The notes under the pieces: generated by a model | The model's database searches: none | Told to the model about the DNA's origin: nothing | Seen by the model: only the letters and a program-made list of their open reading frames with translations | Origin: Nageia nagi | Lineage: Eukaryota > Plantae > Pinophyta | Direction: 5' to 3' | NCBI GenBank assembly: GCA_050084985.1 | Contig: JBITNC010000001.1 | Span: forward strand, 157,914,001 to 157,978,000 | Length of the DNA stretch: 64,000 nt | Made by a program: the position numbers and the translations under genes | In this document: positions 38,980-53,939 of the stretch, in pieces | How positions within the stretch are numbered: the stretch's first letter is position 1 | Layout of the letters: each line of letters starts with the position of its first letter

Positions 38980-41900
38980 TGTTAGGATCCCATATCCTAA
39001 CATTTAATTAGATTATAATAGTTTATTAATTAGAATATTGGCTTTTATTAAATGTAAGGGGACCAAAATATTTGTAAGGTGAATCACCATTTTGTATTGA
39101 GTGATCAATTAGGGTTAGGGTAGGTGGACTATAAAAATATATGGAAATAGTATAATTGGTATCTTAGAAAATATATTGTTTGAGTTGCCCCTTGAAGTGA
39201 AATGCAATTCAATTTGATTCTTTAGTAAAGTGATTATATTATTATCTTACTCTATTCAGATTCGTGTTATTTGTGTTATGAGATTGAGATCTATTTTGTT
39301 ACTATTTTCACTATTATTTGGTGAGAATCCCATTTAGGAACTTGTAAGTTCCTAACATCTGGTATCAGAGCTTTGATTTTGGAACTTGTGGGTTGGTTGA
39401 GGATCAATATTTATGTGTTTATAAATTAAAATACTAGCAAAATTTTACCAAAATAGCAAGGTTATACCAAGTTGGAACCCTATATTTTACCCATTTTACA
39501 ACTAAAACTCTGCCAAATTTTTTCTAGAATTTGGGCCGAATTTTTCCACCCTAGTTGTGACCTTCATTTGTACCATACCATTGCATCACACCCTCTTAAC
39601 CATCCTTTTATTCACTATTATGTGACCTTCAAACTACAATCTACCATCATTTTGAAATAACCTTTTTTCTGCTTAGGAAACCCTATTTTTCCTTTTCAAA
39701 AATAGTAGTTACTAAAAGGGGCAAAAGCTTCATAAATTGTTATCTTGCAAATAATGAAGAATTAAGTGATTATGATAAGATTAATTTTTTTACCTATAGT
39801 AACATTTTTTTAGAAAAAAATAACATCATTTTGGGACCTATCCTATTGTGATTATTTTTTTATGCTGATCTTTTTGATATATAACACCCATACACTTTTA
39901 ATTTCCAAAAATAACAATTTCTAAAAGTAATAATTCTTGAAATAGTAATATGGATGACAATCAAAGATCCTTGGATATGGATAAAATACCATAATGAATA
40001 GACCATATAACAGACCTCATAGATGATTCTCACCTCCCCGTCACTATTGATGAAATCAAAAAATCAATTAAAGCAATAACTACTACTTATGATCATATAG
40101 ATCAAAAGGTGCAAGTTCTGGAGCAAACCACAACTCATAACACATCCTCAGTTGCAAGTGGATCAAGTTAATCTCAACCATATATTGGCCAAGGCTTCTA
40201 AAACTTTTAAATATTACAACAAGCCTTCATTCTTCCACATAAAACCAAATTGGACTTTCCAAAATTTGATGGTGATGACCCCACTAGCTGGATATATTGA
40301 GCCGAGAAATATTTTTCCTTAAATCAAATTCCCAATGCTCAAAAGGTGAACCTTGATTCTTTTCATCTAAAGCATGAAGCCATCCAATGGTACTAATCAT
40401 TTGAAAAGGAAAATGGTACCCCATCTTAGGGAATTTCACCTATAACCTCCTAGTTAGATTTGGTCCCAATAATTTTGAGGATTTCACTAGTGCCCTCACC
40501 AAATTGCACCAAATGAATAGAGTGAGAGAATACCAAATGGAATTTGAAAATATTGCTAATTATACTAAAGGATTAGATTAGGGATTATTTTGTAGTTGTT
40601 TCATTAGTGATCTAAAGAAAGAAATTCAAGTGAAAGTCAAAATGTTCAATCCCAGCAACATGATAGCAATGATAGGGCTTACCAAATTGGTGAAGGATAA
40701 GTTTAGTACAAAATGCAAAAGCACCAAGTAAATCGCTTGGAAACCACAAAATTTCCAAATTAGTCACAAAACACCACAATCATTACTAGTTAAAATATTT
40801 ACTCTTTTTGATATGGAAGAATGTAAAAAAAAAGGGCTTTGTTATAATTGCAATGAAAACTTTGCACTAGGCCATCATTATGCAAATCAAAAATTATATG
40901 TCATGGATGCGGATACTCATATGGAACCACCATAAGAGGCTTTTAAGGATGTTGTGGCATATATTAAAGAGTAATAAGACCAACCAATTGAATTTATTCT
41001 TGAAATTTCTCACAATACCCTCTATGGGTTTACATCTCCACAAACCATGAAAGTTTAGGGATATTTTAAGGGATAATTATTGATAATATTTCTTGACTCC
41101 AAAAGCACCCACAATTTTATGGATCTTGATGTGGTCAAAAGGAACCACTCTTATATATATCCATAAAATAATTTTGAGGTGATGATAGAAAATGGTGACA
41201 AAATTGCTTGCAAAGGATAATGTCACAATATCAAGCTTAGCATGGGTGACTACAAGATACAAAGCGACATGTATGTTTTACCATTAGGAAGGTGTGATGT
41301 GGTCCTTGGTATACAATGGTTGATGATATTAGACCTTATTATTTTGTATTTTTTTGATCTATGGATGCAATTCAAATTTTATGAGAATAAATATACTCTC
41401 AAAGGAATTAAGGTCGGGCAACCACAAATTATTAGTTCACATCGCATGGAGAAACTATTGAAGAATGGAAGTAAGGGAATGGTGGGAAACCTATTCTCTA
41501 TTTAGACAGCCCTAAAAGACTCACCCAAAGTATAGGAATTACAATAGGTACTCATCCATCATACTAGAGTCTTTGAAGAACCCCACAGGTTTCCACCTCA
41601 TCACCCCCATGACCATGCAATCCAATTAATCCCTAGGAGTCAACCATCCAACATTCAACCTTACCGCTATCCTTGTCTCTAGAAGGATGAAATATAAAAG
41701 CTAGTGGAAGGTATGTTATAAGTTGGTATCATTCACCCAAGTGTGAGTCCTTCCTTTTCTCTAGTTCTATTGGTTTACAAAAAACATGGTCATAGAAGAT
41801 GTGCATCGAATTTTGAGCTTTGAATAAAATCACCATCAAGGATAAGTTTCCCATTCTAGTCATTGATGAACAGTTAGATGAACTCCATGGTGCAAATATT

Positions 41901-44720
41901 TCTCCAAGTTAGATCTTTGAGTTGGGTACCATCAAATTCAACTTTGCAAGGAAGACATCCTCAAAACTAATTTTCACACACATGAAGGTCATTATGAATT
42001 CCTAGTAATGCCCTTTGACCTTACTAATGCTTTGTTCACATTCTAGAGTTTGATGAACTAGGTATTCCACCCCTATCTTCAAAAATTTATTTTAATTATC
42101 TTTGATGATATTTTGATCTACAACAAAACTTGGGAGGATCACTTATCCTAGTTAGATCAATCTTTGCAATTCCTCCATGATAATTAGTTGTATGCCAAGC
42201 ACTCTAAATGTTCCTTTGGCATGCAAGAGATCAAGTACCTTGGACATATTATTTTAGAATAAGGCATCAAGGTGGACCCACTAAAGATTGAGGATATGAA
42301 AACTTGGCCTCTCTCTAAATCCTTGAAAAGATTATGGGGCTTCCTCAAATTGATAGGGTACTACCATAAGTTTGTGAAAGATTATGGAAATATTGCATTC
42401 CCACTCATAGGATTGCTCAAGAAGAATGCCTTCAATTGATAAATAGCTATAGAAAAATCCTTTCAACAATTTAAGGCTACCATGTGCTTTACTCTAGTAT
42501 TTGCTATGCTAGATTTCTCTAATAGCTTCATCATTAAGAATGATTCCTTGGGGGTTGGAACTGGAGCTGTGTTGATGCAAGAAGGATTACCCTTAGCTTT
42601 TACAAGTAAAGCCCTCTTAGGTAGAAACTTGTCTAAATCCACCTATGAAAAGGAAATGCTTGCAATCATTCATGTCATTCAACTTTGGAGACCCTACCTC
42701 ATTGGTCACCATTTTATCATCAAAATTGACCACCATAGTTTGAAATACTTCTTGAAACAATGCATCTCCACCCCAAAATAATAAAATTGGATCCGTAAAC
42801 TCTTGGGTTATGACTACAAGATTGTGTATATAAAGGGTAGTGAGAATGTAGTTGTTGATGCTCTTTTGCAAAAAATTGAGGACCTAGTGGCACTTCAAGC
42901 CCTTTCATTTCTAGTTCCCCATTGACTTGAATCGGTTGAACAAGAATGGCTCTAGGATATTTTCACCTAGTTTATGATTCAATAGTTGCAGATAAATCTA
43001 ATGAGAAAACCCCCATTTTCTTGTCATGAGATAATTTTATAACTCAAAGGTCATATATCATTACCAACAAACTCTTCATGTTGTGAGTTGATACTTCAAG
43101 AGTTGCATGCTGCACCAAGAACTGGCCATTCTATATTTTTGAAAACATATATGTGAGTGTTCTACTCTTTTTATTTATTGACTAAGAAATAGGACATCAA
43201 AATATTTGTATTTGAATGTGATGTTCATCACTAATAGAAAGGGGATACTATGGGAACCCCAAGATTACTTTAGCCATTACTCATATCGAAGCGAACCTAA
43301 ATAGATATTTCAATGGATTTTATTAAAGGTATTACAAAATATTATCAAAAAGCTATTATCATAGTAGTAGTGGATCAACTCTCCCAGTATGCACACTTCT
43401 TCTCATTAGCACATCCATACAAGGCCATTAATGTTGCCCAACTCTTTCTTGATAACATTTTCAAACTCCATGGCATGCCTTCTACCATTGTTAGTGATCG
43501 TGATTTGGCATTCAACAACATGAGCTCTATTTATCATCCCCAAATAGATGGTTAAACAAAGATTGTTAATAAATGCTTGGAAATATATCTTTGTTGTTTT
43601 GATTTAGCCCAACTAGTTCATTAGGTAAAATGGCTTCCTTTAGTGGAATGGTGGGATAACACTTAACTCTGCACTTTTATGAGGATGATCCCCTATGAAG
43701 CTCTATATGGCCAACCCCCACCCACATTCATCTCTTCCATTTTGGGTAGCACCAATTTCCAAGTAGTAGATACCACCTTAACTAATTACAAAGACATCAT
43801 TCGCATCCTTCAAGAAAATCTTCAAGTGGCTCAACATTGGATGAAATGACAAGCTGCTCAATAATAGGTCGAAAGGTAGTTCCAAGAAGGAGACATGGTT
43901 TTCTTGTAGATCTAACCATACTAGTAGATATCTCTTAAACTAAAAGGTTCTCAAAATTTGGATCCATGATTTTATGGACCTTATAAAATACTCTAACATA
44001 TTGGCCCTACAAATTACAAGTTGGCACTCCTGACATCATCCAAGATTCATCCTATTTTTCATGTCTCCTACCTTAAGCAATTCCTAGGTTCTCATGTTAT
44101 AGTTTAGATAGAATTATCATAATTCACTGAGGTAGGATCCATCATGGTTGAACCTAAGGCCATTATAGACTGAAGCACATGCTAGCTTTGCAATCATACT
44201 ATTACTAAAGTTCTTATCCAATGGCGTGGATTACCTCTTGAAAATGTGACTTGGGAGACGCTCCATCAAATTTAGCAATAATTTCATAATTTTAAGCTTT
44301 TAGGACAAAACTCTCTTAAGAGGGGTGACATGTTAGGATTTCATATCCTAACATTTACTTAGATTATAATATTTTATTAATTAGACTATCAAATTTAATT
44401 AAATGTAAGGGGATCGACATATTTGTAACACAGATTGCCATTTTGTATTGAGCGACCAATTAGGGTTAGGGTAGGTGGACTATAAATATGTGTGGAAATA
44501 GAATACTTGGTATCTTGAAAAATATATTGTTTGACTTGTAAGGAGGTAGCCTCCTCAAAGTGAACTATGATTCATTTTGATTATTCAGTATAGTAATTTT
44601 GTTATTACCTTGCTCTATTTGTATTCATGTTGCTTATGTTGTGAGATTGAGATCTATTTTATTACTATTTTCATTGTTATTTGGTGAGAATCTCATTTAG
44701 GAACTTTTAGGTTCCTAAAA
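38980..44720 (+). mobile_element. Chromoviral Ty3/Gypsy element (Reina-like), degenerate, nested in the host element's gag
   Basis: LTRs at 38980-39357 and 44331-44720. PBS tggtatcagagc at 39360. PPT aagaggggtgaca. TSD ttgtt / ttatt. Remnants of gag, PR (DVVLGIQWL), RT (FDDILIY), RH (YEKEMLA), INT and chromodomain (VLIQWRGLPLENVTWE). Confidence 0.93.
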
Positions 44721-46669
44721 TTATTCCATTTTTCTCTAAAAGAAGAAGCCTTAGAATGGTTTAGCAAATTGCCACATGCTAGCATTACTAGTTTTGCACC
44801 ATTAAAGATTGTATTTTGTGATCATTTTCAACTTTGTATTACAAAGACATTTACATTCAATGATTTTGTGAAAATAAAGCAAAGAGAAGGTTAGTCTATT
44901 GAAAATTTTATCTAATTTTAGAATGAAAAGGCTAATCAGTTTCATGTATATGATGATATGAAGATCATGGCTTTCTTAGAGGTACTTCAACCAAAGTATG
45001 TAACAAAATGTTTTGATTATAGCAAGCTACCTCTTGATGCATTTATACAGGCACTATTGGAAAAGGAATAATTCAATATTAGATATGGACATTGGAAACT
45101 TGAATAAAAAAAAAAGGGATAAATCACCTTCTCAACCTTAACATCAAAACAAAAGGGAATAGTTCCATGAAGTGCAAATAGTAGCCAAAGTGGAACAAGT
45201 ACAAAATCCCATAGTAGCATCAACTAAAGTTCAAAAAATTAACAAAGAAGAGAAATCAATTTATACAAAATGTTAGAAGTTTCCTAGATGAGAATTCACA
45301 CCCATCTATGATGACATTAATGAGGTCACAAGATATTTAATCAAACATAAGTTATTGGTTCCACCACTAAAGCCTACAAATCAACCATCCTTTACAATAA
45401 GAATATCAAAAGAGTGCAAATCAAATGAGTTTTGCAAGTATCAACAACAATGATGGCATGAAACAAAAGTATTATGTGACATTACTCAATAAGATTTAGG
45501 ACCTAATTAATCAAAAGAACGTATCTTTCTTGGAACCAAAAGCAAATGATAAGCCAAAGCAATTGAGAGGTCCTCAACATGAGAAGAATAAGACAATGGG
45601 CATCTTCAACAATCTATTACTGAATTTATCAAAGCCAAGTCAAACACAAGCATAAACTTTATGAGTACTCTTCCTCCACCATGAAAAAAGGTACATATTA
45701 TTGTTATTGCTCTTGTCATTCATATACTTTTGACATTTATGTGGTAGTATAGTTGTCTTTATTTTGGTTTTGTGGTCAAATTCCCCTTAGATCCCCATAT
45801 CCATGTTAGGATGCCATCCACTTAGTTTTTATCTTCACCACATTAGGGGCATATGTTAAATACTAGTAATCACTCCCCTATATCCCTTTGAATCTCTGTG
45901 CAAGCACTAACATCAATGCAGATGCTAGTTTTCTTATCAAATCTTAGGAAGCCATTAGTACATTATTGTCATTTGTATTCTTTTTTTTTGTTTAGGTCCA
46001 TCTCCATAATTCTCAACCTTTCATCATGTGTTTGTGTCCAAACTTTCCTAGAGGATCAAATTGGTACCAAAGAGGTTACACCTAGATCCATTCCCTATCT
46101 ATTATATCAGTGCTTGCATTGGGTTCCTTGCTATATTTCTTACATGGTTAAAACTTTCTTATCTCTTACCATCATTCCCAATAGCCTGAACATGATTTCA
46201 ATTGGAAGTTTGTCATTGGATTCATTTTGATCACTTGGGTTCATTTTTTCCTTCACATTCCCCTAATCATAAGCATGTTTAAATATCATTTTCCTATGTC
46301 CAAACCATAAATTTTTATACCTTCATGCTACCCTGACCTAATAATTTATAACTAGATTTGTTAATTCCTTAAAAATGCTAGAGCCCACATTGGGTTCCAA
46401 TTACTTTCTTTTCATATATCTAATACCCTCAAAGTAAGGCATAAGCCATCATATTCATTATTTGAACATTACATAATTTAAATAACCATTAATCATACAT
46501 ATCCTATACACCTAGCCAATTCAAAACAAATATAAAGTCTTAATAAAATCATAGCCAAAATTCATTACACATTTCATAGATAATATATTTTGATTATATT
46601 AATAAAAAACTAAGGTAATGCATTATCTTTACAAAAGATACATCTAACCATCAAACTAACTAACCACAC

Positions 46670-49074
46670 CTAAGTCAATTCTCTATGCTAACATTGCTAG
46701 TGGTACCATGGTGACTCCTAGCACTCCTAAAGCTCTTAGATTCAAAGGTCATCCTACTTAGACTTGGCCTCTTTAGTTTAGTTTCTCCTCCAAGGCTACA
46801 AGCTGAGCTTGTAAGCATCCCTTATCACCTTATAGTACCTCTATCTTCTTGTTCTTCTCAACTACATGATCTATCATTCCTTGGAATTTGTCATCCTAGG
46901 AATCCTAGTGCATCTTGCATAGGGTATTCACACTATGCTTAAGAGCCTCCAATCACACCTTCAACTCCTATATCTCTTGGTCCTTCATAGCAATCTCCTC
47001 CTTCAAGCTCGCTAGTGTTTTCTCCACTTGTTGACTTACTGCTTTTTCAAATTCAAGGTCCATATTAGTTTGACCTGCAAACAAAAATAAAACATATATG
47101 TTAGTCATATTATTATTACATGTATACTAACTTGTAGGTACATAAAGAAATATACATACTAAGATCATTCTTGAGCTATTATTGTGTCTTTGTGATGGGA
47201 ATCCTAATAGGAATGTCCCATCCTCCTTGCTCTCCATTTTTCAATGGCTCTTCTACCTGCACATACTCTTCCTCTTCAACATTCCCATGATGTTCCTCTT
47301 CTTCTTCTACCTCACCCTTTGTAGCCTCTACCAACCATTACAATCTATATATTCTAGGTGAATCAAGCCTCATCCCAATCCACCATGTCAAGTAGGCTTG
47401 ATCAAATTGTGGCTCATCAGGCTCCTCATCACCCTCACTATTTAAGTCACTCCCCAATCCATGGTCTTAAGGAGGTTGTCATTCCTCCACCCACTTGGAA
47501 GGTATCTCATATAAATTAGGGTCATGTGCCCTATATCTCACCATCCTAACCATGAACTTATATTATGGTGAAATTCCTTATCTCCTGCCAAATTGCCTCA
47601 TGACCCTCTTAGGTTTATAAGGCTCCATAAAGATCTTACAAGTATGCAAGTAGCTAGGTATCTACTTTTAATCTAGCTCACCCCTTGGCTCATTAGGCCA
47701 ATAAGGTATAGCCACATAGGGTCTGTATATCACATCTCCTACAAAAATAAAATCATGAGTTAGTATTCTCCCTTAACCAATAAACTAACAAACTAAACCA
47801 TGTATGGTAAACTACTTACCACCCATAAACTTGTCCATGACTTTCCTGTACACATCCATGATCTTATGGACCTATGTGATCTTCCCATTCTTTTCCCATC
47901 GATACCACATTGGATAATTGAGATCGATACCATGTACATGAAGCTCTCTAGGCCTAACCATGGTAATATGTTCATATACCCAACACTAAAAACCAAATGA
48001 ATATGCCACTCTCTTCCAACTCTTTTGTACCATGAAAACGTTATGCAAATCATGGTAGATCTAGGCTATGATGTATGGTTCCCATGAAAATGTTATTCCA
48101 AGTGGAAGCACCTCATGATTCTTATCTAGATATATAATGTTTTCAATGCATACTACCATGACCAACTCAACCTACCTGAACCTCTTCATCTTGCTCCTAA
48201 AATCATGATGAAGGAAGGTGCCCTTCTTGCCCTCATGATACTCCAAAAAACTTGTAAGCCAATTGCTTGACCATTTGTATTTCTCATTGGTCATCCCTTC
48301 CTCAAAGAATATGGGATGCCCCTTCATAGGCACTCATAGAATTTTGTGAATATCCTCTAGTACTATAGTGATCTCCCTAGTAGGAAGATGAAAAGTATTG
48401 GTCCTCTCAACCCATTTCTCCATCAAGGACATGAGTAGATCCTTTTCCACTTGAACATATAGAGCATGGAGGAGCCATACCATATTATCATATTTTAAGA
48501 ATCCTATCTCCTCCTCCATGAGTTTATCCTTCATCACCAAGCACTTCTTCTAGCTTTGAGATATAGGCTCGAGCTCCATGAGGAATTCAAAAAATTGCAA
48601 GCACAAATCAACAAGGTACACATTAGTTCTTGATTAAATTTTAATTATATCATAATACAATAATTTTATTTAATTATTTCTAGCACACATAACTAAACAC
48701 TACAATTGGATAACCATTTTTCTATTATGAAATTCACTCTATCACACTAGCACCCACTCTAACATAAGTTTTCACATTAGGCTTTTTGCAACTATTTTTT
48801 TTTTTCAAAAATCAAGAGCAAACTCCATTTACCCTTATGATTTAGTAAAATCATGGTCTTATGCCTAAATAACCCCTCTAAACTCAAAATCACTTAGGTA
48901 TTAGGTCATAAAAACCCTACTTTAGAACCCATTATTTTTCCTATTTCACTCATTCAAATACAAAATTCATGAAATTAAAACACAAATAGGATCTTAGCCA
49001 CCTACCACATGAGTAGAAACCTTGTTGTGTTGTAAGAGAAAAGCCCTATGATTCTCTTGCTTCATAATCTTCAT
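46670..49074 (-). pseudogene. Plant mobile domain (PMD) gene, antisense within the Gypsy element, with spliceosomal introns
   Basis: LLMSLMEKWVERTNTFHLPTREITIVLEDIHKIL is the PMD signature. GT-AG introns with YTAAC branch points at 47739-47798 and 47075-47159; a probable intron at 48595-49005. The last exon is coiled-coil-like. Confidence 0.8.
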
Positions 49075-49954
49075 CCTAAAATGTTAAATTAGGTCAAAAC
49101 TCTAGTAAAAATAATGAAAATAGCCCAAAACACTTTAATTACCAAATAAAATCATTTACCTACCAATGTCGATCACCCACAATGGTCCAAATCACCTCAA
49201 CATGCTCACCCAACCCTTCCTATACTAGAGCTCAATGTCCAAATTATGAAAGTGACAAACAAGTCACTATCTTAGTCTATTTAAAACCAAATTAGGACAC
49301 ATTTAACAAGGTATATGTCAATTGGTTACTATATTCTACCTCTTACATCCCCAAAATATGAAATTATTTCTCTTTAAACTATTTGAATAAAGTACCAATA
49401 GATTTCACAACCAAAATCATAATGGACCTTCGCATCTATGCTCACATTAGTGCCTACGCTAGCTACTAACACCCATGCTATTATTCCTTAGCATTCACAT
49501 CATTAGCCTAAAAATAATAAATCCTCTAGCTAAATGTGGTATAAAAATAAATATAGGACTAACATATCTTGGAGAATAATATTTTTACAACTATGAATGG
49601 ACATCCAATCGAAGAATGATGTGTTCCCTCCACATTCGTTCTTGGGTCTAACTAGTTCATCACAGAATCAAGCACTCTTTAATGCTACATGTTGCATTTT
49701 TAATAACATAAGCATCTGAATCAAATCCACTAGCATGCATTCAAGCTAGCATGGATTCTAGTTCCAAAGGCATTAATCAGGCCAAGAAACAACATATTAG
49801 CATAGCAAATAATTCATAGGGAGTATTTCTATCCTTATATACACTTTGAATTTAATCATTTGAATGATTAGTAAATAATCAAACCAATCATCATTGATTC
49901 ACCTTGTTGGTTGGGTCTCAACTAACCAACATTCTTAAATCACATCTAATAATG

Positions 49955-50250
49955 AAGTATGTACCTCATGACGATGACTACATCTCATGTCAATATCTAA
50001 GAATAGGGCATGTCCCTCATGACAATGCATTACATACCATACAACATGGTTGGGAAATATTCAAACCAACCATATAGTTTAGTCACCTTTTTCAATTGGT
50101 TCTCAAATAACCATCACATTTTGTTCTTCTTCATTCATGCATTCCATTTAGTAATGAGACATGTACCTCATGATGATGTTAACATATATGGTTTTGATTA
50201 CATGTGTTCCATCTAGGAATGGGGTATGTATCCCATGATTATGTGGATAC
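49955..50250 (+). repeat. Degenerate short repeats in the Gypsy 3' region
   Basis: The motif atgt(a/c)cctcatga(c/t)(g/a)atg occurs four times, in two pairs. Confidence 0.6.
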
Positions 50251-50692
50251 GCCTTTATCATGATTTCCTATCTATGCATATAAGAATAAAATATTAAGTA
50301 TTTATGTATTTAGTGTTCTCAAGATGATGTATGTATATTATATTGATTTTATCCTTGCTCCATTATTGCTATATCATTTGATGAAATGCTATGATGTTCT
50401 CTTACTATCAATTGCTATATATTTTATGAGTTAAAACAATTACATATGTGCTTGGAAGTGTTTTCCTCTTATTTTTAGGTTTCATTCTTTGCTCTTGGTT
50501 GATTCTACTACATGTAAGTCATTACATCTCAAATCCAAGGCAAAGAGGGGGAAATATATATCATCAAATTCTTTATGATCTGGATAGCTAAACCTAAGAA
50601 GTGTAAATTTTTCTTCTCTTTACCTTTACTTCCTTTCCAAGCATAATACCATTTAAAGATTCAAATTCACTATAATTACAATGGGGGGCACC

Positions 50693-51987
50693 TATTAACA
50701 CCTAAAAGTGGTCCCTTTAACATGGTCCCACTTAGGTGCAACTTACATATATATCTTAGTCACATTTAATCATAATTTAGTCATATTTTAGCTTATTATC
50801 ACATATTTCTCAAGTTTTATTCTTATGTTTTATGTTAGGTACATCTGGATGAATTCAACCAATATTCAAGGGGTAAAATGGTGAATCATACTTAATATAA
50901 ATGTATGTATCTCTAACCTAGGGAAAGCATGTTAAGATTATATCTCAATAGTTGGTACCCTACTCTTAGGTGTTTCTAAACACCACCTATTGAGATTGGA
51001 ATCTTGTTACCACTAAAGCAAATATTTGTTACCTATTTTTGTAATCATATGCTTGGTTTGACTTATCATCATCTTTGCTATCATCAATCCTTGTTGGTGA
51101 ACCTCATTCCTCAAGAACATTTGCACCCATGTTGATGTTCATACCTACATCAAGCTCTTAGAGATCCATGCTTGCATAGGTGTTTATTTTGTAGTTAGCC
51201 TTGGGGTTTGTACAACATGGTCACCACTCTTCAATAAGTTCATCTATCATATCCTTGATCTTAGCATAAGTAAGGACACATAAGTATTTATCTTTCACTT
51301 GATTCCTTTCTCTTTACTGCATGTAGCTTCATTTTACATCTTGACATCAATGTAATTTCATTATTCTATTGCTATATTATTATATTCCCTTATTATGAAG
51401 GAACTAACACTAATAAGATAATTCCTAAACTAACAAGATCACATGAAAGCTCACAATTATATCCAACAAATACACAAAGCATTCTCACAACACAAGATGT
51501 AAAGTGGTTCCTCCAACTAGGAGTACATCCACTAACTAGATCTTTACTTCTCTCACAAATACAACTCTCTTACAATTCTCCTAATCTCAACTCCTACACT
51601 TCTATCCTATAGTATATTCTTACTCCAAAATTGGTGTGTCATTACAAAGAGGGAACCTTCTATTTATAGGCAAAAATCCCTCCTTAGATGACCTCAGCAT
51701 GACATGCACATCTTTGACCCAAGGGGCATGCTCATGACTTGGAGTGTAGGACAAGTTACATTATTATATTCACTAAAATACTTAAAGTATCAAATAATAC
51801 GTTTAAGTATTAGTGAATTTATATATAAAATTTAATACATCTATTTACAATAATGCATTATACATTACAACATATTCATGTATGTTTATTTGAGTTAATT
51901 AACTAAGATAAATCATACAATAAATATTTATGTGCTTTATGTTCATTTAGAGTAAAACCCTATGTGATACTAAAGCACATATCAACA
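50693..51987 (+). repeat. 3' LTR of Tat/Ogre-like element (interrupted)
   Basis: Matches the 5' LTR on both sides of the insertion; ends atatcaaca. Confidence 0.88.
51396..51872 (-). mobile_element. Solo LTR (Copia-like) inserted in the 3' LTR
   Basis: TG...CA termini; absent from the 5' LTR; TSD tatta / tattc. Shares gatctagtt..gtggatgtactcc...gaggaaccac with the LTR at 5571. Confidence 0.85.
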
Positions 51988-51992
51988 CATGG

Positions 51993-52284
51993 AGTGCAAT
52001 GATCATAGGATTTGCACTAAACATATACATTGAAAGAGACTATGCATTATTTGATAAAATATCTCATCAAAATGTAGTGTCATGGAAATGATCACAACGT
52101 ATGCACATGGATAGGTTTTTTAAAAGGCTCTAGGGAATTTCAATAAGATGCAACTATCAAGTATAAAGCCAAACTCTACAACCTTTGTGGAATATTCTCA
52201 ACATGTGTCACCATGGGAGCTATAGAAAAAGGTATGGAAATCTATCAAAGAGCAGTTGAAAATGGTTTTGCATTGAATGTTATG
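51993..52284 (+). pseudogene. PLS-class PPR gene fragment (3' part)
   Basis: With frameshifts: SAMIIGFA...ALFDKISHQNVVSW...MQLSSIKPNSTTF...CVTMGAIEKGMEIYQRAVENGFALNVM. Confidence 0.85.
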
Positions 52285-53939
52285 ATTTATTTTTCCTCAT
52301 TTATCACTTTGATCATCATTTACAAGAGAAACCTAATTTAGTTAATTAGAATGTTTATTTTGATTTTATGATTTTTTTTCATTGTACACATCTTGTTGCA
52401 ACAACTGGTAATTTCATTTATATTCTATTTTTAGGAATTTTGCTTGCTGAAGTTTCTTGGTTTGTAAGAATCTTATATAATATACACTAGGAAAGTTTTA
52501 TTTATTTATAATAGATGTTTATATGAATATTCTGAATTATGATTGAGTATTCAAGCCTCATGAATTGATCTTTATAAATTTTTCCGAAGATTTTAATTCT
52601 TATAGTTTTCATCCTAATAATTCAACCTACTTTATTCTTGGGAAACCCAGTGAGCAAGTCTATAACATTTGGGTCCTTCATTAATTTGAGGGAAAAAATG
52701 AATTGTAATTGTATATTTATAAAATTATAATATCCTAACAAGTTACTATATTGAATAATTCTTCTAAAGAGGATCTTTCATATATATTCTTCTCTCTTAG
52801 TAGTCAAATAATTTAAAATAGTACATGATGATCTTGTGAGTGAAGCATATCAATAATCTTCCCCTTAATTTCACAAGTTTGCCTTTGTAATCAATATTCA
52901 TCTATTTTTTCATTACTTATGAATTACTATGGTAAATGTCATCAACATGATGAGTAGTCAAATAATTTAAAATGCTCATTTTTCATAAAGCATTTTCAAG
53001 TTATATTACATGATACAAATATAGATTTATGGAAAGAAATAATTGAGCTAGATATACATAAAATTAGTTTTCTAAAAATGCTTTAGAGAAATTTGAGATG
53101 TAATTATCAAGAGTAAATCCAAAATCTATAACTTTTGCCAACATTATTCTAACATCTACAATGATTTTTAATGTCTAGATTATCCTAATTCACATATAAT
53201 ATATGATGGATTATTTTCCCTTTATTCTATAGAAAACTATTCTCAAGTTGTAACAAATAATGAGAAGAATCTGAATAAGATTTTAATATAGTGGGATGGG
53301 TTTTTGTTGCATGGGTAAACACTTTCTAATCATTGCATAAATACAATAGCGTTAAGTGTACTACCATATATCAGGATATGTTATGGAAGAGATCATTGAA
53401 TTAATAGTTAGTTTGGTAGTAATTTGGCACCTATCACTTTATTTTAGGGTGAACTTTGATTATGATCCATCCTTTTGTAGGTTTACGTTAGAAATTTCTT
53501 CATTAATATAGTGAATCCTATTACAAAAGTAAAATATTAATATTTTTATAACAAAATATAAACTTTCCTAAGTGTAAGCATTTGGAGTAGTTTAAATAAA
53601 TAAGAAGAATATAAGTGCCTATGATGAATAGGATTATTGAAATGATTTATATAATGCCTATTTCTTAGAGAGAGTAGTCCTTAGAAGGGAATTTTAGTTG
53701 TAGCTAGTTTACATCATTATGATTATATAAAAAATGAAAATTTATTTTCTCTATTAATATTCTTCTCATTCAATCTTTAACTTGGAGATTTATTTGCTAA
53801 AACTTCTCTGGCTTTAGACTGAATATTTTCACCTTGATCTTTTATTACTCAAGAACAACCAAAATTGAGAAAAAGCCCAATTTCTTCATGTTTACCACCT
53901 TTATCAACATATTTCTATGATTTTGACTAATATGTATCT

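Larger units (their letters stand above)
36275..51987 (+). mobile_element. Non-autonomous Tat/Ogre-like Gypsy LTR element (gag plus antisense PMD; no pol seen)
   Basis: LTRs at 36275-37069 and 50693-51987, the latter with a 477-bp insertion. TSD tatgg / catgg. PPT aatggggggca at 50680. gag AKLF|HFSLKEEALEWF is split by the nested element. Zinc-finger-like FCKYQQQ*WHET at about 45430. Confidence 0.88.

Noticed and set aside
52480-52665. Helitron 3' end for the PPR/PAC1 mosaic
   Set aside because: The CTAG at about 52487 lacks an upstream hairpin, and the small hairpin at about 52639 is not followed by CTRR.
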